A stretch of DNA of 64,000 bases from positions 29,450,001 through 29,514,000 of the forward strand of contig OZ260665.1 in the NCBI GenBank assembly GCA_965285935.1. The letters run 5' to 3'. The stretch is from Ophelia neglecta. Its lineage: Eukaryota. The notes under the pieces are model-generated. The model was not told the origin of the DNA. It ran no database searches and was given only the letters and a program-made list of their open reading frames with translations. The translations under genes and the position numbers were made by a program. Every line of letters starts with the position of its first letter. The first letter of the stretch is position 1. This document shows, one piece after another, positions 1-12,939 of this stretch.

Positions 1-640
1 TATCTGCGAGGCAGCAGAATGCTTCTCGCACAGCAGGAAGATGAAACACTTGGACAAATATCCTTGGATGGAACAAATATCTTGGGTTAAATGGCCCCGT
101 GACAACCCGGGATCGGTTGCATTATGGCGGCGCTTTGTACGAAGAGAAGGCAAACCTTCGAAGGAAAACTGCACGATCGTTGACAAATTAAACGTGAACA
201 AACGATCTAGGCTGTGTTCTAGACATTTCGACCCAGAACAATTGGATAATAAGCGAGGAGTCGCGATTACAGATCCGAAATACTTCGCGTGGAACAACTG
301 GGGACAGCCTGTCAAGCCATCTTGATCAGCTGTTCGCATGTCCCTGGGTGACCTGCATAACATGCGCAGTGGGATGCACAGTGGCTCGCGAAAAGTGGTC
401 GACCGGGAAGTACGAAAACCGTAGTTCTGCGGTCACCACCACGCGGCGTATGGTATTGCAGGTATGGTCAATTCTTTGACCCCCCCCAAGGATTTGTGCC
501 CCTCCACCCCCCCCCCCCACAGTAAATGACCACCCCCTAAGAAGTACTCAATCCATGTTGTAGCGGGATCTTGACCCAATTGTGTCTATTTACATCGCGA
601 TGCGGGTGCAGTAGGTAGATCTGCGTACCAAGCACGCGAT
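1..640. promoter_or_regulatory. CpG-rich patch, candidate promoter / first-exon region with donor-like CAG|GTATGG at 461/462
   Basis: CpG is visibly frequent here (cgcg, tcgcg, cgcggcg) compared with the CpG-poor remainder. A donor-like site follows the THAP ORF. Confidence 0.35.
2..325 (+). CDS. THAP-type (C2CH) zinc-finger ORF, start lies upstream of the window; short protein, pseudogene or transposon accessory gene
   Basis: The frame is open from position 2: ICEAAECFSHSRKMKHL...WVKWPRD...LWRRFVRR...RLCSRHFD...TDPKYFAWNN. This gives C-x4-C-x64-C-x2-H with the THAP-typical P, W and CSxHF residues and a P..F box. Stop TGA at 323-325. Confidence 0.72.
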   Translation: MCEAAECFSHSRKMKHLDKYPWMEQISWVKWPRDNPGSVALWRRFVRREGKPSKENCTIVDKLNVNKRSRLCSRHFDPEQLDNKRGVAITDPKYFAWNNWGQPVKPS

Positions 641-2375
641 TAAATATATGCTGGCAAATATTGAATAATCAACGAACAAAGCACCGGGCCATTGGCTAGT
701 TTTTCATTTGGATATTTGTCTGAAACTGAAAAAAAAATTCGGCAAATTGCCGATGGCCGACACCAATCTGGATCCCTGGTCTCGACTCATAAGCAATAGC
801 TTTATAATTTATTTAAGGGAACAGATGAATCTGGTTAAAAATAGGGCATATCAGAATAAACCTTTCAGGTACATGTGATTAAAAATGAACTGCTGTTTAA
901 TATGGATAAGTTTACTAGTAATTTCTTAGATAATGTTATGATACCCATACATACATGCTTTTTCTGAACTTCTTTTTTCAGCAAGACATATGGCCTGTTG
1001 GGATGTCTTGATCGACTTATGAGGCACATTCTACAGGAGTCATCGCAGATCACATCATCAGTAGGAAGAATACCCAGGTTTACTCAGGGTATGAATGTTT
1101 ATTGATTTACTGATAACAACTTGGGGCTGTTTAGAGTATAAGTACTTCAGTTTTTCGAAGAGATGATTAAATTTACTCAGCTTACATAAGCTAGCTAAGC
1201 TCATTATATCATGTTAATTCCCACTGTTGTACATTACCAATTGGTATGATCTTCGACCTCTCAATAGGTGTAATCAGAACTTTATCCATTCGTATCTGCA
1301 TTATATATCTACTGCTCTCAGATTTTTTTTGAAGTACTGTAGATCATTGCAACCTATACTTTTCCCCAGATACCATTTGCAGATATATGTATATAAAAAC
1401 TTTAAAACCTTCTCCCAATCCACTGGTTTGATTGCTCTTAAATTGGATGACATAATCCTACACCCACGCCAACAACAAATTTGTTAACAATTTCACCAGT
1501 GCCTGGGAGTAATCAGGCCCAATGCTGGGAATGGCTGGGAGCAGCAAAGGAAGTGGTGGCAATCACAAGTCAAGGGGAGTGGAAGGGCCAGGGAATGGCA
1601 GCGGATGGCGTTTCATTGGATTCCTTCTGATAGAAATGTATGGCCATGTTGTACAAACTTGATTGGAAAGAGTGAATGCAGTTCAGACATGGACAATTTA
1701 GCCACTATAAACTTTAAACCATCAGGCTATACAGCAAAATTGCTAAGGAGTGTCTCCGCAGAACCAGTATCACAAAGGGAAGAAACAAATTCATACATTC
1801 CCAATTATTTACCTATATATAATTAGATCTATTGGTACTCTGCAACTGCCTGTATTTTTCCTTAGTATACCCTGTTTCCCTGATGCCACAAAGCAAATTC
1901 CTTGGATACAACTGGGGAATGCTCCCCCCCCCCCCCCCACCCTCCGAACAAAAAATAAGATTAAATCAAACCTAGGCTATAAAGCAGACGATCAGCCTCT
2001 GGGCCTTCACCATATGTCTTAGTTCTATTGCAATAAAACAAACAAGTCTGGTCCTTTATTAGGAGTTCAACAGATTTGATCATTACTAGACAAGACAGGC
2101 AAATAAAAAAGTACTATAAGTTAGGTGGCATCATACTTGACTACCTTTAATTTATATTTTGAATATTTTCAACTTATTTCCCAGGCAATAGGACTATACT
2201 AGGTTGTGTGCATGTGTTACTTTGCGTTAAGTCATGCACTGCTGACACTCATGTAAGCAAAGGCATTTGGATGAGATATTTAATCAACAACAGTGAATGA
2301 ATTAATGGGGACGTGTTCATAGTACATATATGCGAGTACATGAACAGTGCCAACAACACTATCTCCAGCCCATCA

Positions 2376-2560
2376 CTAGTAGTGCCCCATCCAGTGGTGT
2401 ATGATCTTCCTATACCTAGGAGTTGCCCATTCAGTGGTATATGATTTGCTTATGACTAGTAGTACCCTATTCAGTAGCATATGATTTTCTTATAACTAGT
2501 AGTACCCCATTCATGGGATGGTGAAGCTACATAAATAATAGGATCCCATTGAGTGGTACA
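2376..2560. repeat. 40-bp degenerate minisatellite, about 4-5 copies
   Basis: CTAG(T/G)AGT..CC.ATTCAGT..TATGAT units start at 2376, 2416, 2456 and 2496. Confidence 0.8.
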
Positions 2561-2946
2561 ATCAGTCTCAAATAATTATAAAGGCACTCGATGAATTTTT
2601 ATTTTGCCAAAATATATGGACTGCATTCTAAATGTATAGTCATGAAAAATGGAATATCTTTATATATTTGGTTACCATGGCTAAGAGAGAAAAATTCAGC
2701 TCTGGCAGAAGACTATTGCAGCTGGGTCTGTAGCAATATGACAGCAGCCATATGATTGGAGCCAATACGGCTACATCTTTGAACTCTGGTATATGACACT
2801 TATGCTTATACCAGGAGCAGCGCCATATGTCATTTATAGTTCCCACTTCTACATGCGCTGTGATTTTTGTGTTTATTGCATTTGCACAGGCTCGCATCCC
2901 ATAGCAGGAGAATACCCAAAATGGAAGCACACATGATGCATGTGCT

Positions 2947-3351
2947 TAGTGATGGGCCGATGATCGATTATAATCGAAAGTCGGTTGGTTAGTTGTACGA
3001 ACCAAGTGCTTGAATAAAAAATCCACTATCGATTTGGTCAGTTCACAGTCATTAATTCCTCGTGTTTATTTATCTGTTTATATCAAGTGTCTTTTCTTCT
3101 GTGTTGTTTACCATGATACTTGTGTTTCCGGTCTTTTCGCAATCCTTCCGATCCTAATGCCAGTAGAGGGCGGTTTTATCAGTGCTGGCCGGCTGTGATG
3201 TAAGCCACTGCGTTGCCGGCACGTTACTGGTTACCGAGCATATTGGCGGTCTTGAGGATTTCAACATGCTAGCGAACCGATTATCTCAATCATCGATTGG
3301 TGTGTTTGAACCAATTATCGATTATGAAAATCAAACCAACTCACATCACTA
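2947..3351. mobile_element. Non-autonomous hAT-type MITE with perfect 8-bp TSD
   Basis: Termini TAGTGATG...CATCACTA; flanking direct repeat CATGTGCT at 2939-2946 and 3352-3359; subterminal ATCGAT motifs at both ends. Confidence 0.88.
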
Positions 3352-5561
3352 CATGTGCTAAGCACAACATTGAAAGCAGAAGCCAATTTTCTTGCCTTGA
3401 CACCAGACAATATATCCAGGAAGTGTTTAAAAGTGATATGGACAGCTGGATATGGAGAAAATTTGGTTGACCAAATAGTCAAGATACTGGAGAGTTTGGG
3501 TCGACCAAAAGCATAATTTGCTCGAAATGGTCAAGTGGTCAACCGCACATTTGATGCACTGGGGAAGGGGGGGGGGGGTTGGGGGGAGGGGGCTATGGTT
3601 GGTGGTGGAAAAAAAGTTTATTTTCAATACTTTTTGTGATTGTCAAGGAAGAAGGGTGGTGGAGAGATGGATGAGGGGCGGGGGTGGAGTAAAAATGTTT
3701 ACTTCCTAAAAGCGTTTCTGGACGTTGCAAATGGTCTAAAGGTGGAGTCATGTTAGAAGGGGGGTGGGGGTGGAAGGGCTCAGGGTGTGGGGAGGGGGAT
3801 TTTTTGTGTACCCCGGTTCTGTCATAACCTATCTGTTTAATAATAAATTGACATAGGAATTATGACCTCTTTATATGTAGGTTGTCTGCCCTAACAAATC
3901 TGTTTGATAATAAAAAATATTCAAAAGGACAAATGTGTACCAGTTAAAAAGAGAAAAAAAAACAAGAAGTTTAGAAACACATGCCTTCCACAAATTGAAA
4001 GGATAGTAAATGTGACAGCCCAACCACCCCCAATCGACCCTCTCTCCCAACCTTTCTGCCCTACTTCCATGTATAAAGCATGTGAAATGTCCAAAAAAGC
4101 AACTGAAATATCAGGAATGAGCAATCAGAATTATAGTTCGTTAATTTGATGTCCGCATGCAATAAGGAACTGCTAACAGCTGTATGTAAATTATTGTCAT
4201 GTGCTTTTCAATTGAGAGACTCCTGTTAATTTGTAATGTATCTAGTCATTTGTCTCACACATGTTTTGTAATATTTTATCCACTTATATATGTAGAGAGG
4301 GCCTATGGCCTAATAAGTACTGAAATAAAATGACATGGAATGGTAAAAAAATATATATGTTCCAAATGCAGTAGTCAGTGTCACCAGCCGGTCGAGCAGT
4401 AAAAAGTGACTTAATAAAGGTTTTTACCGGTCGTCTGCTTGTGCAATTTTGAAATACATTGAAAAAAAAATACCCATTTACCCATTTACCATGGTGACCC
4501 AGGTCATCGCATGTGGGATCATATATATGCATATATAAAATATAAAGTGATGGTACAAATAACTTACATTACAGCTATGCCTTAATATGATTATAGAAAA
4601 ATCTGAGCTAAAGTTAGTATATTAGCCAATCATTAACTAAATGTACCACCACCACTGGGACATAATTGATTTATCAGATTTCCTTTACTCCTAAGTGGCT
4701 GATTTCAAAGTATTAGATATGTTAATTTTATAATGCATGAAGCATGATTTCAACACTGAAAGCAGTGGCTTTCAGTTTGATAGCGAGCAGCATAGTTTTT
4801 CAGTCAGCTGACAAGTATTTGTTATCCAAGGCATCAGAAAGCATCCGATTGCTGAAATGATGATTTGCATACAGTACCGGTCGGCCACTCAACAAAATCC
4901 TGTTATGTTTGATGAAGAATTGATGACTCATTTTTCCACTAATGGATAGACAATGATATCAGATGGTCGTTGTCAGCAAGTTATCATTTTCCACTACCAA
5001 TAATAAAACTGTTCCATAAAACACCTGATTATTTAAACACATAAGGTTTGTGACTAATGCCTCCAACTAACCCGTTTATACATTTATACATTATACATCA
5101 CTGACGTTTCAAGGAAAACTGGCCCAAGAGATATTGATAAGCCTATATACATGTTTGGCAGAACACCAATACAACACAATCACTGAGATCAGGGTGAAAT
5201 CCAACCATGGACGAGAGGAAAGAGTTAAGGATATTGGTTCAAAATGAGCAAATAATTGAAGCAGAGATTGTATCTTGGCAGGCTAATCAATTAATACAAA
5301 GACCGGAAAATTTTATTTGAAAGCAATGCCATTTTATTTGCCACTTGCAAGTCCAACTTTACACTTTATAAGTTAATATACCATAATTTAAGCCTGACGT
5401 ACATGTAAAATGTGACAGATGTTTGCTTACTGCACAATTGGTATAGAGAAAGAGGATTTATTCTGGAAAGCCACAGCCTCACCCAAGCCTCACTTTTGAT
5501 GTTTATTTCATCTTGACTGTTGAAAGCTAGTATATACATGAATGTTCATGTATATTTACTT

Positions 5562-5745
5562 GGTGGCAGAGAGGTCAGGGAGGTTGGCTCCTAGACTAAA
5601 GGTCCAGGAATGCTTCCCAACCGAGTGGGTAATTGGTGGAAGAATGAATAACTAAGGCTCTTTAGCACTAAGCCGACTGTTCCTTGTTTCCTGCCCAGGG
5701 AGTTGAGATGGGGTAATTTGTACAATCATGAGAGAAGACCTAGCC
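5562..5745 (+). mobile_element. Degenerate tRNA-derived SINE-like remnant
   Basis: tRNA-head-like start (tggtggcagagaggtcagggaggttggctcctagactaaaggtccagg) and a downstream CCCAGGGAGTTGAGATGG block that I recall from invertebrate SINE bodies; the B-box is poor. Confidence 0.35.
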
Positions 5746-7841
5746 CAGTACAAAATGTTGAACCATACCTTTATCTTTTTTGTATTCTCCCAATTATATG
5801 TACAGTGTATTCAGTTATCAACTCCAATCCCAGAATACCTCACACTTACTGAAATTTTTCACAACCTAACAAGCATTTGGTTTGCCCAAGTTTATGTATG
5901 AAGCCTCATCTGCTGTCCATCCTTTTGATGTAGGTGAGACGCGCAATCCAGCATGCACATATTCCTGCAAGTTGCCGGTTTAATAACCATGAATGCGAAT
6001 AAGTAGCTGGTGGTGACTTCAGAATTTAACCAACCCTGATGATTGGCCAGATCAGTCATCAGGTATATGAATGGCTATATAGTTGACTGGTCTGGTGGGA
6101 TACTATACAGTTGGGTGCTGTCAGGTCTTGGACATAAAACTGGTGAATTTCAGTTAAAAGACTGGTCAAAGAGTGCTTCTCTACACCTGTATCTTCAATC
6201 TATTTGCCAAATCCATTTTTGTGTGGAAACTTTACTGTGCAAATCCTCAAATTATATTTCTTTGGACCTTGGTGGCATTTAGTATATTCTTTTTACTGTC
6301 AGATGCTAGTTCATTGTCCCTGAAATCCTGTGAGGTTTCACAGGAGAATGCCTCCAAAATCTGCCCATTATACTAGATTATGAATACATATTGTGTATGT
6401 AGTTGTGTGATTTCCTCCATTTGTATTTTTCACATAAATAGGCAGATTACTGCAGTTTTTCGCAGAGATTATCAGACATAGGTATTGGAACTCTTTACAG
6501 CCAGATTTGTAAAGATTTATTAGATAAACATAGGATTTTTGGGATCAATTTAAACTTCAATGTTATATTATACCCTGTTATAGTCCTGCGTGATAGTGCC
6601 AAAACATTTATGTCTTCAGACATGAGAATTTTCTGTGGATTTGCTGATTTCCGAGTTTTTTGTCCCCCTTTGTACCCCCCCCCCCCCCCGGCACTCCCCT
6701 GGCTACATATCTTCTTCAATTAACTCATTTTCAGACTTTTCAAAGTTTCCCATTCTCATCCCTGTGTCTTTTAAAACAGCTAGGCTACACTGGGAGCCTA
6801 TAAGAGACTAGATAGTGCACCTTCACTGAATAACTCTGTTCATCCAACGGTTGTATTTGGGCAGCAGATAATTCACCCAAGGGTAACTGGTCCAGTTACT
6901 ATTAATTTCTCAATTATCACAAAATGACATTTTATTTTAACTTCTAGGTTTGGCTTGAGAAGTGATCCTGCTTACCTTGACAAACTTTTAAGGCCAAAAT
7001 AGCTCATGAACAGACAAAAGTTTTTATGATCAGCTGTTTGCTCTTTATAGGCATAAAATACAAGTTTTGTGCCAGAATATTCTTCAAATATGACAATAGC
7101 CTTTAGAGTGTTTTCGGCCATTATCTGTCACCTGAAATAATGGTGGAATCAGTCTTGCTTTTTCTGATAATAGTTAAAAGTCTTTCCTCCAGATTTGACC
7201 AATATCCAACAACATCCTGCCAAAATCTTAAAATCCAAACAGTTATAGACCTCTCAAAGAAGAATGTGCACTAATTTTTTGTGAAATATTTCACATGCAC
7301 TCTCTGTAAATTGTTAGCAAAATCAGCTTTTTAATCAATTAAACTCTGCCAATATCAACCAAATTCTAAAAATTCCAGTGATCAGTGAATACATTCTGGA
7401 AAATCTGCCAAATTTTATGACCACCAAAAGTGTGTTTGTGCATTGTTGTGTCAGCTAACACAACATCTAGGGTCACAGCCTGATGCATTGGATCCCCAAA
7501 AGGCCAATCACTATCCTCAGGCAAGAATTATAGGCAGTCAATCTGCTCAAATTAAGCAGACATAGACAGATAAATCCTTTGTGACAGTTGGTACATACTG
7601 CAACAGTAGGCATGTATGGGCCACAGATAGTACATGTTCTGATAAAGCCACTGTGTAGATATTAAGTACTAGATGGGTACAAGGAGTACGTGCTGGTGTC
7701 CACATGCACATGCACATGTACATGTACTCTGCTAGAGGACAACGAAGCATGCCAATCCACACGAAGTCTGCTTCACATTGCTTGTAATCAGAACACTGTA
7801 GGTGTGGAGGGCTATAATTGTAATGGAAGTGACATCAAATG

Positions 7842-7972
7842 TGCCCTATGAAATCTGCCAAGGGCCACTAAAATCAGTCTTGCCAAGGGCCACCAAAAAT
7901 CAACCAAGGGCCCCTAAAGTCAGCCCTGCCAAGGGACCCTTAAATTAGCCCTGCCAAGGGCCACTAAAATCA
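7842..7972. repeat. Short ~20-25-bp tandem repeat (GCCAAGGGCCACTAAAATCA-like), about 5-6 copies
   Basis: CCAAGGG recurs five times, each followed by (C)CACTAAAATC-like sequence. Confidence 0.7.
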
Positions 7973-8222
7973 ATGCTACGGGGTATATGTTTTATCTATT
8001 ATTATCCTGTATTAAAATACTGTCCTAGCCAGAAAATGCCTCATCAAGTTCTGTTTCACTGGAGTTTTTCTTTCATTGCTGAAATCATGTTCTAGTGTTG
8101 GTTTCAGAATAATTGTTAACTTGTTCCAAACCTAAGCTAAAAGCTTAAAGTATGCAAAAATACCAGATTCTGTTCTGTGCTAGTAATAAGAGAAATTGTT
8201 TTAATTTTATCTTTACTTGCAG

Positions 8223-8407
8223 GTGAAAATTTTGATAAATTTTTCATGAAATTCCTTTTTGGACCTCAAAACAGGCAGAGAGGAATGTATAAACCTTTCT
8301 GATTAAACTACATTATGCTCTGTGTAGCATTTGAAACCATCAGTTTGTGGAACAGTTTTAGAAGCAGTTTGAAATCTTTCTTGAATAAATAAAAAAAAGT
8401 ATTACCG
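8223..8407 (+). other. Candidate non-coding (5' UTR) exon
   Basis: Strong acceptor ttttaattttatctttacttgcag|G (AG at 8221-8222) and donor CCG|GTATGT at 8408; no long ORF; no transcript evidence. Confidence 0.35.
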
Positions 8408-9615
8408 GTATGTTTCATGTCTATATTTTTTTTTATAGTGATGTTTTTAAGTATATGTTCTTAAGCACATTTAATTCAAGAATAACAACATGACCTTAGT
8501 GAAGTACCGATGATGATGATTGATTATAACTGATGATTTGTTGACATCCTAGCCAATTAAGATTTCCAATAACTGATTATGATGGATTGAAGATTTTTTT
8601 TCATGTTTAAACTAAAATTCTATGATTTTATTAAAATATTCAGCAACATAGTTTTGTACACAGTTATACATTTGTTAACACATTAAGTTCAAAACTCAGC
8701 CAATATTTTGTACAGCTCAATTAATGCTCTATGTTTTACCAATATGTTGGCTATTCAGGTCATCTTAGGCAGGTCACACCTTTTAATATGCTTTTGAAAT
8801 TCGAAGAACACAAAGATTGTTGCCAACCAATAACAACCAATCATCAGATATTTGGCTACATCCTATTATCAATTGTGAATTTTTAACCAATTGCCAAAAC
8901 ACTAATGGCGGTAACCCTTTTAATATGGGAAATGCATTATAAACATATTCCGCAGTGTCCTGCTGCTTAGCATTTGTACATTGACAAAAAATACATGGAA
9001 AGGCTTTGGCCTAGCTCACATGAACAAAAATGTCTCTCCACCTGTACCAACTAAATAATGTGCAAAGGCGTGCACACTGACTTCACAATTTGGGGTCCCA
9101 CAAACACAATTTGACTTTTGTACTTGGATGTACCTCATGGCACTGCCTTGTCATAAAATTGACCTTGGGGGGATAAGGAAAAAGCGTCACTAAGTTAGAA
9201 ATTATTACAAGGGCTGGGGTTAGCCCGTAGCTGGAACAGTTTTTTATGGTGTTTTTAATAATCACCAGGGGGTAGGTAACTCTTAATGAACACCAGGAGA
9301 GTTTCCCATTCTAGTGACTAGACCGGATAACCTTAGGTGAATGTCTGCTGCCCATATACAACCCTTGCCTGGAAATAGTTATAGGGTGAGAACTGTGGAG
9401 TATAAAAAAAAAGTTCATGTTTTTACCACATTATTTTTATATTTTTCATAACCAGAACCGGAAACAGTACAAATGCCAAAGTGCATACTCAAGGAAGAAT
9501 ATCGCATTGTGGTGACAGGACACCTCGCTCAGGCAGAGCAAGAAATTGGCACTAAGGGGGTTAATGGAATAGATTTAATATTAAAAAAAAAACACTTTCC
9601 TTTGGGCATAAGGGC

Positions 9616-9717
9616 TACTGTAAAGTTGAAAATGTTCGCGGGAATTATAGTGCGCAATGTACAAAAAATCGCGAAATTCGCAAAATTATTCCTGCCATCA
9701 TTTCTGACTTTACAGTA
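9616..9717. mobile_element. ~100-bp TA-flanked MITE (Tc1/mariner-type)
   Basis: TACTGTAAAGT...ACTTTACAGTA perfect 11-bp inverted termini, with internal TTCGCG/CGCGAA motifs. Confidence 0.75.
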
Positions 9718-10650
9718 GCCTTTATGTGGAAATTGCCTATGAAAATTGTCAGAGGATTAATTATAAGCCTATGAAAATTGTCACAGGATTAATTATAAGC
9801 CCAAAAGGTATTAAATAGGTTGAACTTAATTCTATCTATTATATTATATTTTATATTATATTCCCACTGCCCATATATAACCCTTCCCTGATAACTACTA
9901 GTAAGTTTACCTGTACTAGTTGTCCTTGCATTTTTCTCTGCCTATTCAGGTGACAAATTTTTAATGAGTTATTGAGTTTTGGAGAAAGGCCAAGTCTGCA
10001 AATCATGGCAATCAAAGTACAGGCTACAAAACATGCCATCTAGTCACTTGCTAAATCACATCTAGCTCTCCTGGAGAAATAATTACTAAATCAACAACCT
10101 AAGGTTTTTCGTAGCTCGACTGGCATTTTCTTCCAACATTCATATCTTCTGTTGTTTCTTTATTAATGAGATAGGACATGTGTACAGCTTTTCTTTTGTG
10201 TTGATTATGTTCAAGTGATTTTAGTGTATTTTAAGTAGGGCTGTTAGGATTCATCAATACATCGATATATAGCATCGTTTGTGCAGACAGTTTCATTATC
10301 TTTGTATTCTTGGATATCATGATATGTACTGACAATGCTGATTGTGCTGTTTGGCTGGCGGTCTCAGCTCATTGCTACGAGTGCCATTAAATATTTAATG
10401 ATTTAACTAGGAGCTGAGTATTTGTCAGTAGTGCAGGCGATTTGATAATCGATGCTTCCTGGGATATCATGATATGTACTGGCAATGCAGATTGTGCTGT
10501 CTTGCTGGCAGTCTGTATGTGTTCAAAGTACTCAAAGGGTATCATGGCATATAGCTACCATATCTGCGCAAAAATATGTGCAAGGCCTACATGGGATGGG
10601 ATATAAGAAGGGCACCCAATGACTAATATTGACTAGCACAGGTTCATTTA

Positions 10651-10829
10651 TACAGTATTTTCCAATTTGGGGACGGCAAAAGTGTTAGGTGTTCCCTTAA
10701 CATAGGTGTTTGCTTAACCAAGGGAAAATATTATTAAATAGATAGGACAAATTTTGGGACTAGAAAAACTGTTTGCTTAACCGTTGTATTCGGTTTACGG
10801 AAGTGTTCGTTTGGGGAGGTTTTACTGTA
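10651..10829. mobile_element. Degenerate Tc1/mariner-type MITE
   Basis: TACAGTA...TACTGTA termini, repeated TGTTTGCTTAAC/TGTTCG motifs, followed by (TA)n. Confidence 0.6.
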
Positions 10830-11240
10830 TATATATATATACGTAATACTATAAATAAAACTGTGTATAACACCTTAAAACAAGAAGATGATTTCACCTG
10901 TTTTTATCATCCATGGTGTATACAAAGAAAAAGAAAACATGAATGGGTACTGTATTGTTCTTTTACCACCCAGCTATTAGATAAAATGACGTGATTGGTA
11001 TGTGGCAATTTATCAGTTGAATAATGTCATAATAAATGATATTTATGGCAAAGCCCTGCTAATGTATCATTCTACAGAGAAGAATGTATCAATTTATCTG
11101 TTCATTATCATCTCCCTTGCCATTCATGACAAACAATAATTGATACGACATCGGGCTTTATAGGATTTATCAGTGCATGTTGTTGCTGGAAGTAAAAGCT
11201 TTTGTTTGTAATGCACAAGATTTCATAAATTGAACATGCA

Positions 11241-11628
11241 TAGGGCTGCATAATGGTATCCAATAATACTGGTATCATATCAGATTTGAGGTATCGGTAT
11301 TGATTCAAAGTAACCATTTCGATACTTTGATATGATACATCTTTTATGCAAAAGGGTTGAAATTAGAATGTAGGACATACCGGTAGACAGTTGTGTAGAT
11401 TTACTAATGTTTTTCCTTGTCCTCAATTTTGTTTTTTTAGCTCAAGTGTTGCATTTTTTAATGGTTTGAAAAAAATTATAATGAAATTATACACCTCTTT
11501 ACCCTTGAAACACTGCTTATTTAAGCCAAGATCTTTAAAAAGTATCAGTATCTTTTTGGTATCGGTATCATTTCACAATTATCTTTATCTGTATCGGATC
11601 ATTTCAAATCAAATGGTATGCTGCCTTA
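11241..11628. mobile_element. Non-autonomous hAT-type MITE
   Basis: TIR TAGGGCTGCATA / TATGCTGCCTTA (10 of 12 complementary); near-TSD AACATGCA / TACATGCA; many subterminal GTATC/GATAC motifs. Confidence 0.72.
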
Positions 11629-12939
11629 TACATGCATGTACATATACACAGGTACATCTTAGAATAATTATAAGGATATAGGTTCAGGTTTTTTTTTTTT
11701 TTTTTAAATAACCGATTTCAGGGACATTTAGCAAGAAGGTTCATGTAAATATATTTTGTTTGCCTGTCCATTTTTTAACCTTGACCTAAGGTGATGATGA
11801 ACTTAAAATTAAGGAGACTAAAAATGGCATTTTTAATAAGAGCATGCCATGAAAGTAACATACATGTATATTCAGTATTTTTCTCAAAGAAAGTTATGGT
11901 ATTTTTTTGCATTTTAAGAAAATATGAACAAATTTGTACTTTTCTTCTTATAAGCTACGTAGGTGAAGCTATCATGAAAAGGGATTTACCCCAAAACTGT
12001 CAGTGAAAAAATGCATGGACTAGTATTTTACAGCCCTGAATGCCAAGTGAGGTGGCTATTCATTCAAGTCATCCTTTTTGTTAAAGCCAGGGGGAGGCAT
12101 TGGTCTTTTGGCTACAGTATCTGTAATAGGGATGCTTCCCATATATAGTTTTATGAGGTCTGGAGCCATCAGTGCCCCACACCAAAGTTCATATTAAGAA
12201 TAATGTGGTTTTATAGGCAAGTGAGTAGTATGTAATAATACAAATGAAGAACATAAAAATTGCCTGGCCTTTATACTAGAATAAACTAGACATTTTATGA
12301 TCCTTTAATATGAAAGGATTAAAAAATCAATAACTCATTCAATGATAAATTGATCAAGTTGTATATACATGTACATGTACATGTACTTTTAAGAATTTAA
12401 TATTTTATACCAATCTGGACTAATTTATACTTATTCTTTAGTTGCATATAAATTGAAGTAGATGACTTTCAATTTGAGAACAGGTACCAAAGGCGTATGA
12501 TACCCTGTAACATGGGGAATCAATATTTGAACCTCCTTACCCACATACTGCTAGACCAGTAAGTGGCTGATTAGCTCATGATGTCTACTGAAAAACCACA
12601 GGAAAAATCATTTAGCCAGATGCAGTACAGCTTGAACCATGTGAGCCTTACACATGCCCAGCATCTCCCAGTCATGGGGTTAACACGTGTGCCACCATGA
12701 ACTCAGATGCCATAAAGGCATTGGGGGGGGGGGGGGGGACATTGTAAACTGAGCTTTTACATCAGGGTTAGACCTTATGACTGCCTGACTGCCCAGAGCA
12801 TGTAGGGTTTGACTACCAGGCATGTAAATATTAGTGATTGCAAAGCTTCAGAGCAACTCAAAACTTTCATTTCAAACACACGCAAACACACTCAAACCTA
12901 TAATTGTTATTTAACTCTTCAGGGTTTGACACCTCCCAC

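Noticed and set aside
323-325. Selenocysteine or programmed read-through at the THAP TGA
   Set aside because: I could not identify a SECIS element, the following base context (TGA-T) is not the typical leaky TGA-C, and the position is not a Cys-equivalent site.
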